Shown: piece after piece, positions 28,871 through 36,985 of the stretch
Layout: each line of letters opens with the position of its first letter
Position numbering within the stretch: position 1 is the stretch's first letter
Assembly (NCBI GenBank): GCA_964491205.1
Contig: CAZBGC010000008.1
Span: forward strand, 14,675-78,674
Length of the DNA: 64,000 nt
Direction: 5' to 3'
Source: an uncultured Pirellulaceae bacterium
Lineage (GTDB): Bacteria; Planctomycetota; Planctomycetia; Pirellulales; Pirellulaceae
The notes under the pieces: model-generated
What the model was told of the DNA's origin: nothing
The model's input: the letters and a program-made list of their open reading frames with translations, nothing else
The model's database searches: none
Made by a program: the position numbers and the translations under genes

Positions 28871-29892
28871 GTTGCACCTCCCACCGTTTTGGCTGCGCGG
28901 GAGATCATTCCGGCACGCGCAGTCGACTTTGCTCGGCGCGACTGTGAATCCACCAAGTGAAACAATGCGTCATCCAAGGAATCCGCAGTGGACATTTCAT
29001 ACAGATCGACACCCAGCGACTCGCAGACTTCTCTTAGTCGCATGCGATGTTGGTTGAATCGCTCCTGATATTCTTGTTGAGCAGCCGCCGGATCGACATA
29101 GATTTCGCTTCCCGACTCCATGTCCCGCACCATGCTTGGCTGATCGATCTGAAAATCAAACTCGACTGGATCGAGGGTACGTAAAACGACCACTTCGTGA
29201 CCGCGTGAACGCAAGTAGGCAAAGTTGGTTTGCAGCGACTCAATCGAAGTCAGCAAGTCTGAGATCAAAACGACCAGTCCGCGTCTGCGAATGAGACTGG
29301 CGATTTGTCGCAGCGGTGCGTCGATGTCGGTGCCTTTACCTTGAAGCGGGCGTGAGAGTGCGACAAGCAATTGATGAAAGTGCCCCGCTCGGGACTGCGC
29401 ATGGATGAAATCACCAATAGCCTCGTCAAACGTCAGCAAACCAACGTTGTCTCGTTGAAGCATCAAAAAGTGTGCCAACGTCGCTGCGATGGTCCGCGCG
29501 AATTCGATCTTGCTGTACTCCAAAGAGCCGTATCCCATCGACTTACTTTGATCGACGACCAAATAGCAGCGGCGATTAGTTTCATCTTCAAACTTTTTGA
29601 TGAAGTAGCGGTCACTCCGCGCGTAACGCTTCCAATCCAGTCCGCGCAAGTCGTCCCCAGCGGTATAAGCTCGGTACTCACTGAATTCCACGGAAGATCC
29701 ATGAACGGGACTACGATGCAAACCGTTGTAGAACCCGTGAACGATGGTCTTGGCACGCAGCTGCATATTCTTGATGCGCATGATGGATTGCGAATCAACT
29801 CCTGCACCTGTTTGCGGTGCGTGTTCGTCAGGTCTACTGCTTGATGGCATTCGTAGTGATTCCGAGTGTCTTCTACTTCCCAGCAACTTCAT
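28867..29892 (-). CDS. DUF58 domain protein (vWA-like partner of MoxR)
   Basis: 341 aa. The motif GLHRSPVHGSSVEFSEYRAYTAGDDLRGLDWKRYARSDRYFIKKFEDETN is the DUF58 core. Its stop overlaps the next gene's start (ATGA at 28867-28870). The ATG at 29892 overlaps the MoxR 3' end by 20 nt; an alternative ATG lies at 29850. Confidence 0.85.
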   Translation of the reverse strand: MKLLGSRRHSESLRMPSSSRPDEHAPQTGAGVDSQSIMRIKNMQLRAKTIVHGFYNGLHRSPVHGSSVEFSEYRAYTAGDDLRGLDWKRYARSDRYFIKKFEDETNRRCYLVVDQSKSMGYGSLEYSKIEFARTIAATLAHFLMLQRDNVGLLTFDEAIGDFIHAQSRAGHFHQLLVALSRPLQGKGTDIDAPLRQIASLIRRRGLVVLISDLLTSIESLQTNFAYLRSRGHEVVVLRTLDPVEFDFQIDQPSMVRDMESGSEIYVDPAAAQQEYQERFNQHRMRLREVCESLGVDLYEMSTADSLDDALFHLVDSQSRRAKSTARAGMISRAAKTVGGAT

Positions 29893-30880
29893 CGATCAGT
29901 CGATCGATCACATCTTCGACGGTTAAGCCCTCCGCCTCGGCCTTATAGCTCAGCAACACACGATGGCGCAGTGCTGGATGAGCCAACGCCTGGATGTCAT
30001 CGATGCTGACGTGTGCGTTTCCGCAAAGCAAGGCTCGTGCTTTGCCGCCCAGCACCAAGGTTTGGGCTGCGCGAAGTCCCGCACCCCAACTGACCCAGTT
30101 GTCGATGAATCCGGGAGTTCCCTCCCGACCCGGTCGAGTGGCATCGACAAGCTTAACCGCGTAAGCACCGACTTCCTCCGCGATGGGAACCTTCCGTACC
30201 GCTTCGTGAAATCGCATTACGTCTTCGCCCGTGAACAACGGCTCGATGGGCTCAGGTCGCTTCGAAGTCGTTTTCATGACAACCTCCAGTTCGTCGGCGG
30301 GAGGCAAGTAGTCGATCAAGACATTGAACATGAATCGATCCAACTGAGCTTCGGGTAGCGGATAGGTCCCTTCCATCTCGATTGGATTCTGTGTTGCCAA
30401 GACAAAGAAGGGCTCTTCGAGCTTGTAGCGTCTACCGGCTGCGGTGACCTGGTGCTCTTGCATCGCTTCCAACAAAGCGGCCTGAGTTTTAGGTGGCGTT
30501 CGATTGATTTCGTCGGCCAAAATCACGTTAGCAAACACGGGGCCTTTCAAAAAAGTCATCCTACGATGACCGTCACTCGATTCTTCCAAAATCTCTGTGC
30601 CGGTGATGTCTGCTGGCATCAAATCTGGCGTGAACTGAATTCGTTGGAAATCTAAATGGAAGATCTGCGAAACACTACTGACCAGCAAGGTCTTGGCGAG
30701 TCCCGGCGCGCCGGTGATCAAGCAGTGTCCACCTGCCATCAAACTGATCAACAACTGCTCGATGACGTCGTGCTGACCGACAATGACTTTGGACAGCTCG
30801 CGGTAGATTTTGTCGCGGCCCTCGCGTATTTGCTCGACCGCACGAGCCTCTTCTTCAACGGACATGGTTTCAGTCGACAT
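29873..30880 (-). CDS. MoxR-family AAA+ ATPase
   Basis: The track ORF starts at a TTG at 30886; the first ATG is at 30880. Motifs are VIVGQHDVIEQLLISLMAGGHCLITGAPGLAKT (Walker A), ILADEINRTPPKTQAALLEAMQE (Walker B and sensor) and VLATQNPIEMEGTYPLPEAQLDRF. Confidence 0.9.
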   Translation of the reverse strand: MSTETMSVEEEARAVEQIREGRDKIYRELSKVIVGQHDVIEQLLISLMAGGHCLITGAPGLAKTLLVSSVSQIFHLDFQRIQFTPDLMPADITGTEILEESSDGHRRMTFLKGPVFANVILADEINRTPPKTQAALLEAMQEHQVTAAGRRYKLEEPFFVLATQNPIEMEGTYPLPEAQLDRFMFNVLIDYLPPADELEVVMKTTSKRPEPIEPLFTGEDVMRFHEAVRKVPIAEEVGAYAVKLVDATRPGREGTPGFIDNWVSWGAGLRAAQTLVLGGKARALLCGNAHVSIDDIQALAHPALRHRVLLSYKAEAEGLTVEDVIDRLIDEVAGK

Positions 30881-30973
30881 AAGCAATAATGGAGGGAGGG
30901 TTGTGGTGAAGATGCGATTGAGAGATCGCCTCTTTAGGAAGGCAGTACGGTAGCCGATTTTCCAATGCGACGT

Positions 30974-30996
30974 TCCCAGAGGAAGAGTGAAGGTGG
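30974..30996. repeat. Intergenic motif copy B (TCCCAGAGGAAGAGTGAAggtgg)
   Basis: It lies in the 205-nt spacer between the DUF4159 and MoxR genes, in the same orientation as copy A. Confidence 0.5.
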
Positions 30997-31035
30997 TTGG
31001 CTGTGAGTTACGTCAAATATATCTGCTACAACGTG

Positions 31036-31058
31036 TCCTCAGAGGAAAAGTAACGTGG
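31036..31058. repeat. Intergenic motif copy C, degenerate (TCCTCAGAGGAAAAGTAACGTGG)
   Basis: It starts 62 nt after the start of copy B, in the same spacer. It aligns to B with two substitutions and two single-nt indels. Confidence 0.35.
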
Positions 31059-31091
31059 TTGTTCTTGATGCTAATCTTCTGCCGCTTCCCG

Positions 31092-31952
31092 TTAGTGAGT
31101 CATGGCGTAGGTCACGATGTTGATGCCCATGGGGTACGCTTTCTTTACTGAGAACTCTTCAAAATACCATTGGTTTTCGCCTTCGCGCTCCCAGCCATCA
31201 CCCAAGTCAGTGTTGTGGCAAATGAAGACCATGATACGACCTCTGTCGTCCGTGATCGCTCGGTAATGTGGCGTACTCGTGTCGCTTCCATCGCGTGACC
31301 ATTCATAGGAACCGACTTCCCCATTGAAACCTCTCCTGGCTGCGTTGATCGCTGGCACCTGTGGTTTCTCTTTCATCTGATAGACATTGTGGAAGATCTC
31401 ATGTTCCAACGGCACCTCGAAGGGATCGCGATCAGGAAAGACACGCTTTAGCTCCAGTCGCATGTTCTCGTATTGCGAGTCGCCCCAGAAGTCATCCACC
31501 ATTAGGAAACCGCCGTTCAAACAGTATCGCCGAAGGGCGGCAACTTCATCCTCGCTGAACACCAAGCTTCCCGGTTCGATGATGTAAATAAACGGGTAAT
31601 CAAACAGTTTGGGATCCGTCAGTTCAATCACTACCGGATCTGGATTGACTTTCATCGAAGTCAACTGTTGCAGCCGCAAAGAAAAATTTAGGTCGCTATC
31701 GGGGTAATCAGTTGCCCAGCCTCCGCCGCCCCCGCGTCCACCCCACGACTGGTAACGTATACGCGCGAAAGTAAAAAGGTCGCCTGGAAATCGCGTATCG
31801 ACTTCCCATGTCGGGACACCTCTTCGATCCTGGCTAATGTCACGGACGCGACGCCAACGCTGAGCGATCGCCACACCACCGATAAGCAACAGAAGAAGCA
31901 AGACGCTCAAGGGTTTACGAGTTCGAGACAAGAATGCGGAGAGATTGTTCAT
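31092..31952 (-). CDS. DUF4159 domain protein
   Basis: 286 aa with an N-terminal TM helix. The core reads FTFARIRYQS...WATDYPDSDLNFSLRLQQLTSMKV...FDYPFIYIIEPGSLVFSEDEVAALRRYCLNGGFLMVDDFWG. Its start overlaps the upstream stop (ATGA at 31949-31952). Confidence 0.8.
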   Translation of the reverse strand: MNNLSAFLSRTRKPLSVLLLLLLIGGVAIAQRWRRVRDISQDRRGVPTWEVDTRFPGDLFTFARIRYQSWGGRGGGGGWATDYPDSDLNFSLRLQQLTSMKVNPDPVVIELTDPKLFDYPFIYIIEPGSLVFSEDEVAALRRYCLNGGFLMVDDFWGDSQYENMRLELKRVFPDRDPFEVPLEHEIFHNVYQMKEKPQVPAINAARRGFNGEVGSYEWSRDGSDTSTPHYRAITDDRGRIMVFICHNTDLGDGWEREGENQWYFEEFSVKKAYPMGINIVTYAMTH

Positions 31953-34612
31953 TTCGCCAAAGCCTCGCGATCAACAGGCTCACTGTCTTTTTCGGATACC
32001 GCAGACGCGGTTCCATAATCCTCAGAGAGCTGTAGCAACAAACGGTGAGCATCACGGTAACGCGGTGCCTCATCCAATGCCGCCAACACAAAACGACGTG
32101 CGTCGTCACGCTGCCCAAGACCGTGGTGTGCCCGAGCAACGCGATAATTCAGCTCCGCAGGATCGATGGGATCCAATTGCAGTTGAGCCATGAGCGCGGG
32201 CAGGGCATTGTTTGGTTCATCAAGTTCTTCGGCCGCTCGTGCAGCTGATTCTTGACCGTAGAATAACATCGGGTTGATGGCGAGAATTTTCTGGCTGTAC
32301 TGCCTAACCGACTCCCAATCACCCGCTGTAGTGGATAGCTCCGTCAACCGGCGTAAAGCCGGTAACGCGTTGCTGCAAAGTGAGACGCTCTTCTTAAGCG
32401 TTTCGACCTCGTCTTCTTGCTGGTTCAGATTCCGATAAATCGGAGCGAGCATTTCCAAGACACCGCCACTTGATCCTGTTACCGCGCCTAGAGAAACAAG
32501 ATGCTCAAGGTGCTCCTTGGCTTCCTGAAATTTCTTTCGCCGAACCAACATGGTTGCCAACGATTGGCGGGCCCAAAAGTTATTGGGATTTTTAACAACC
32601 CACTTTTGCAAATCTTCTAACGTTGGTTTTTCTGGCAGATCTTCTTTAGACCAATCAGCACGCTCGCCAAACTTGCTGGCAACTTGTTTTGCGTACGCGT
32701 CAAAGGTGGCATCGAGTTTGTTAAGTGATCCAGTGTGCCGCGCGAGCGCGTCGTTCATTGAAATTCCGTTTCCCAAATCAACCAAAATCGCCTTAAGCTT
32801 CTCCAATCCGTGTTCTTGGATCAAAAACTCAATGACGAGGGACGATTCGAAGTAGGCAAACTGAAGGTGGACGGGTGAAGGTGGGCTCAGAAACGCAGCG
32901 CTCAATTGACTGACGGGGGTCAGATCTTCACTGAGCAGCATTTCACGGTATGCCGGCGTCATCGATTCTCCCCACGACACGTCACGCTGGCGTTCTTCGT
33001 AGACCGAGATGCCTTCGCTGAGCCAACGGGGCATTCGATTTTTTGTCTTTTCAAGCGTGACGACGTGACAGAATTCGTGCCAGAGAACACTTTTCCAGTT
33101 GGCTGGTCTTTCTCCTTGAGACACCGGGCTATTTGCGGTGATGACGCGTCCAAAACAGACGCCTAAAAACCCCGCGCCGCCGGGCAAGCCGAATGTTCGT
33201 ATCGCGAAGTCTTTTTGTTCCGGAAAGATCTCAACAATGATCGGGCCGTTGGGGACCACATCATACTTTTGGCAAAGCTTCTCCCGTGCTTCACTCAACA
33301 GTTGTAAAACGCTTTGACCGTAGACCGCCGCTTCAGTCGGATCCATACGAACGTGGATATCATCGGCACTGATCGTACTGAACTGTTCAATTCGGTCGTG
33401 CAAGGTGATCAAATTGTGAGCAATCACGTTGTACTGGTCGTCATCCGCCACGGATTTTGCCAGCTTCCATCCTACGTCTTCGTCACCTAGCCGCAGCAGG
33501 TCTTGGGCGAGCTGAAAACTAGCCGCCGAGTGCTTAGGATCGAAAACAAGTGCCTGGCGTTGGTACCGAGCACCTTCGGCAAAACGGTACTTTTGAGACA
33601 ACTTGCGTCCAATCAAATGATCGACCTCGGAATTGCGGCTCCAAGTCGTCAGTGCTTTGTCACGAAGCTGTTTCTCTTTTTTGTAGTCGCCTCGAAGATG
33701 GGATAGGACTGCCTGCAACGCGATCGCAAGCGGCTGCCTGGGATTGGTCACAAGCACCGAATCGATTATCTCGTCTGCTTCATCATACGATTCCGCATCG
33801 ATCAGATTCTCCGCCAGCATCAACAGGCTTGGCGCATGGTTCGGATTCAGTTGCAAGGCTCGTTTCAGCGCTTCGTTAGACAGCTGACTATCAGACGATT
33901 CAAATGCTCTCGCCGTCAAGTAAGCCGTGCGAGGGTCCGTTGATTTGATGCGTTCGGCCGCTTGCAATGTTTCGGCAGCAACTTTGAAATCTCCTTTGCT
34001 AATCGCTAGCTCTGCGGTCGCAACATAGGCCTCGATGAAATTCGGATCAGCGTCTCGAACGCGATCAAAGAATAGCTTCAAAATTTGACGCGCGTCTTCC
34101 CCGCGACCTTGAAAGTACCGCCCTGCGGCGACCAGATTGTCGCGGCTGGCAAATCGTGCGGCAGAACCTTGCAGTAGCCGCAAGACTTGAGCGTGCTCCT
34201 GGGTTGCACGGTCTAGCGAGTTGGTAAATTGCATTGCTTCCACGCCAAGCATCCGTAGCGTCAGACTGGTGGGATAACGCTTCACTGCGGCATCGTAAGC
34301 GGAGAGTGCCTCGGCGTACTTTCCCTGTTCCAACTGACAGCGAATCAGCAACCGCGGCCAACGTTCGTTCCAGATGCCTCTTTCGACTTCCCCGGCTGCA
34401 AGCTTTTCGGCTTCGACGTATTTACCGGACAAATACAGAGCTTCAGTGCTGCCGTAGTCCGCCGCCCTTACAGAGGAAGTGGCAAAGACGAGCGAGCCGA
34501 CAATCGAACTGACGAGCAGATTCGCCCACAACCATCGGTACACAGCAAGTTTTGCCAGATTCCCCTCGGCGACGTCGTGCATGGATATTCGATTAAGACG
34601 CGAGGTGGGCAA
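31949..34612 (-). CDS. TPR-repeat protein with central zincin (HExxH, peptidase-MA-like) domain
   Basis: 887 aa with an N-terminal hydrophobic anchor. TPR-like helices flank VLWHEFCHVVT (HEFCH at 33065-33079), which is followed by WLSEGISVYEE. This is the pattern of Peptidase_MA_2-type proteins. Confidence 0.75.
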   Translation of the reverse strand: MPTSRLNRISMHDVAEGNLAKLAVYRWLWANLLVSSIVGSLVFATSSVRAADYGSTEALYLSGKYVEAEKLAAGEVERGIWNERWPRLLIRCQLEQGKYAEALSAYDAAVKRYPTSLTLRMLGVEAMQFTNSLDRATQEHAQVLRLLQGSAARFASRDNLVAAGRYFQGRGEDARQILKLFFDRVRDADPNFIEAYVATAELAISKGDFKVAAETLQAAERIKSTDPRTAYLTARAFESSDSQLSNEALKRALQLNPNHAPSLLMLAENLIDAESYDEADEIIDSVLVTNPRQPLAIALQAVLSHLRGDYKKEKQLRDKALTTWSRNSEVDHLIGRKLSQKYRFAEGARYQRQALVFDPKHSAASFQLAQDLLRLGDEDVGWKLAKSVADDDQYNVIAHNLITLHDRIEQFSTISADDIHVRMDPTEAAVYGQSVLQLLSEAREKLCQKYDVVPNGPIIVEIFPEQKDFAIRTFGLPGGAGFLGVCFGRVITANSPVSQGERPANWKSVLWHEFCHVVTLEKTKNRMPRWLSEGISVYEERQRDVSWGESMTPAYREMLLSEDLTPVSQLSAAFLSPPSPVHLQFAYFESSLVIEFLIQEHGLEKLKAILVDLGNGISMNDALARHTGSLNKLDATFDAYAKQVASKFGERADWSKEDLPEKPTLEDLQKWVVKNPNNFWARQSLATMLVRRKKFQEAKEHLEHLVSLGAVTGSSGGVLEMLAPIYRNLNQQEDEVETLKKSVSLCSNALPALRRLTELSTTAGDWESVRQYSQKILAINPMLFYGQESAARAAEELDEPNNALPALMAQLQLDPIDPAELNYRVARAHHGLGQRDDARRFVLAALDEAPRYRDAHRLLLQLSEDYGTASAVSEKDSEPVDREALAK

Positions 34613-34875
34613 CGGATATCTGCTTCAAGGCAAGACTCAAATTCAGTGGTTTATTCTACTGGCAGGACCATCATCCGTGGAAAATCCAAGCAAAAAGTCA
34701 TGAGGCAACGAATTTTTCGTGCCGCAGAGACCCCTGCCGCAATCACGTTTGACAAACGAGGGGGCCGAGCTAGCGCAGCGACGTTGGCTTGATGTGAGGT
34801 AGGGTTCTAACCCCGGCAAAGCGGGAAAGTTCCTGTTCGTCGCTGCACCAGACGCCAAAGGATGCCCGGCGACGA

Positions 34876-36882
34876 TTAGTCTTCGAGCTGCCGTTTCACA
34901 TCTGCGAACGGAATCCTTTCGCAGACGCCAAATGCTGGCTCACGCGTGATTCGCGCCCGAACGAACGCGGGCGAAGACAATCCACACAGAAAACGAGCCT
35001 TGTCGCGAGCCGACGTGAAATGATCGGGGAAGCGAGTGGAAATTTCGTCAATGGAATCTCTGGCGGAGGTGCCGATCTGCCGGCCGGTGGGTTGGGGAAT
35101 TTCGTGGGGCCCTTCGCCCAAGCAAGCACTACATCGTCCACACGGCTGGTCCATTGTTTCGCCAAAGTGGGCTGAGAGTTCAGCAGCTTGGCAACGGGTC
35201 GCTGCAACAAGCCGGAAAACGTCATCCAGCCGCGCGACTTCGGATGCTTCTCGCTGCGTCATACGATCGAAAAGATCATCGCCTAGCAACTTGGGCTGAT
35301 CGATGCGTTTCATCCACCGATAGCCGTGTACCAAATCAGAAACCTTCAGCTCCACCCAATTCCTTTCCGCCAAATAGTCCATGGCTTTGACGATCCGCTC
35401 ACGGTCTTGCCCCAGTCGCTTGCACGCAACGGTCATGTTCAACGTAAACCAAGTGCGCCCCTTGGTCAGGCACGACAAGACGCCTTGGATAAACTCACGA
35501 CGCTCGCCGCTAAACTGATCAATGATTGATCTTGATGCCACAAGTGGCTTGACTTTGTAGGAGTCGTAGCGTGGCGAGGTCGCTTGAATGTATCCTTCCA
35601 ACTCCAGATAGGTCAGCAACGTCTTGACGACTAGGATGCGGATATCGGTTTCAGACGAAAGCTTGTAGTGAGACACATGAAAATGGTCAGCCTGTCCGCT
35701 GAGCAATTCGATCAGGCTCCCGATAGATCTGCGCGACGGAGTTTCCCCGTACGTGAAGTTCTCCAAAACGATTCGATCGTTTGGTAACAGGAAGACTTCG
35801 CATATCGAGTCGGTTCCATCACGACCGGCTCGACCGATTTCTTGCGCGTAGGATTCCAACGACTTAGGCGGATTGAAATGGTAGACGTAGCGAATATCTG
35901 ACTTGTCGATGCCCATTCCAAAGGCAATCGTTGCGACGACGATACCTTTCTTGGAATGGATAAATTCCTGCTGGACATTACTACGCACGTCCGCGTCCAT
36001 ACCCGCATGGTAAGCCGTCGCGACGTAACCATCCTCCGTCAACTTTTCGGCGATTTCCACAGCCGTTTTTTGCCGCGAGACGTAAACCAGTGTCGAGCCA
36101 GCGGGCCGATCACGAATAGCCGATCTCAGTTCTTCGTATTGCGTAGAACTATCAACAATGCGGCTGCGGATCTGCAGATTCGGTCGATAGAAAGGTGTCC
36201 GAATCGCATCTTGTTCAGCAATGTCGAAAACGTCGCGGATGTCCTTCAGGACGCCAGGGGTCGCTGTCGCCGTCAGCGCCAGGATTCGCTCAGCACCAAT
36301 CTTCTCGGCAAGGATAGCAAGCTTTAGGTAGTCGGGACGAAAGTTATGCCCCCATTGGCTGATACAGTGAGCCTCGTCGATCGCAAACAGCGATACGTCC
36401 ATTGTCCCGACGGACGCCAAAAATCGCTCATTGAAAAATCGCTCTGGAGAGACATACAGCAATTTGATTGAACCTTCGCGAATGCCCTTCATTGCAGCGC
36501 GAAATTCATCTCCGCTGAGTGTTGAGTCCAACCGCGCCGCGGCGATGCCTCGTGCTGCCAATGCGTCACACTGGTCTTTCATCAATGCGATCAACGGTGA
36601 CACCACCACCGTCGTGCCTTCGAAGATTTGGCTGGGCAATTGATAACAAAGGCTCTTGCCCCCGCCGGTTGGGAAGACAGCAGCGGTGTTCTTGCCTGCT
36701 AGCAGTCGACTGATGACATCCCGCTGTCCATCACGGAAGTCATCTAGGCCAAACGAATCTTCCAACAGCCGCCTAGCCGTCGTCATATCAGAATTCAACG
36801 ACACGACAGGTTCCGTTTTGGCCTCGTCTGCTGAAGTCATTTCTCGCCCCTTTGCTGTAAATCGCCAAATTCCCTGAGCCAT
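34876..36882 (-). CDS. recQ: RecQ-family ATP-dependent DNA helicase
   Basis: 668 aa (alternative ATG at 36840). Motifs are FPTGGGKSLCYQLP (Walker A), DEAHCISQWGHNFRPDY (the RecQ signature), ALTATAT and IAFGMGIDKSDIRYVYH. A Cys cluster CGRCSACLG lies in the C-terminal part. Confidence 0.9.
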   Translation of the reverse strand: MAQGIWRFTAKGREMTSADEAKTEPVVSLNSDMTTARRLLEDSFGLDDFRDGQRDVISRLLAGKNTAAVFPTGGGKSLCYQLPSQIFEGTTVVVSPLIALMKDQCDALAARGIAAARLDSTLSGDEFRAAMKGIREGSIKLLYVSPERFFNERFLASVGTMDVSLFAIDEAHCISQWGHNFRPDYLKLAILAEKIGAERILALTATATPGVLKDIRDVFDIAEQDAIRTPFYRPNLQIRSRIVDSSTQYEELRSAIRDRPAGSTLVYVSRQKTAVEIAEKLTEDGYVATAYHAGMDADVRSNVQQEFIHSKKGIVVATIAFGMGIDKSDIRYVYHFNPPKSLESYAQEIGRAGRDGTDSICEVFLLPNDRIVLENFTYGETPSRRSIGSLIELLSGQADHFHVSHYKLSSETDIRILVVKTLLTYLELEGYIQATSPRYDSYKVKPLVASRSIIDQFSGERREFIQGVLSCLTKGRTWFTLNMTVACKRLGQDRERIVKAMDYLAERNWVELKVSDLVHGYRWMKRIDQPKLLGDDLFDRMTQREASEVARLDDVFRLVAATRCQAAELSAHFGETMDQPCGRCSACLGEGPHEIPQPTGRQIGTSARDSIDEISTRFPDHFTSARDKARFLCGLSSPAFVRARITREPAFGVCERIPFADVKRQLED

Positions 36883-36924
36883 GCCTGGGAACGATACTTC
36901 GTCAGCAATCTAGCATCGCAGTGA

Positions 36925-36953
36925 TCGCGGTCAAGCTTTCGACGTGACCGCGA
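36925..36953 (-). terminator. Hairpin about 30 nt downstream of the giant adhesin gene stop
   Basis: TCGCGGTCA (36925-36933) and TGACCGCGA (36945-36953) form a perfect 9-bp stem with an 11-nt loop. No clear U-tract follows. Confidence 0.4.
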
Positions 36954-36985
36954 ATCGGATTAATAAAGCGAGACCTTCTTTAAAC

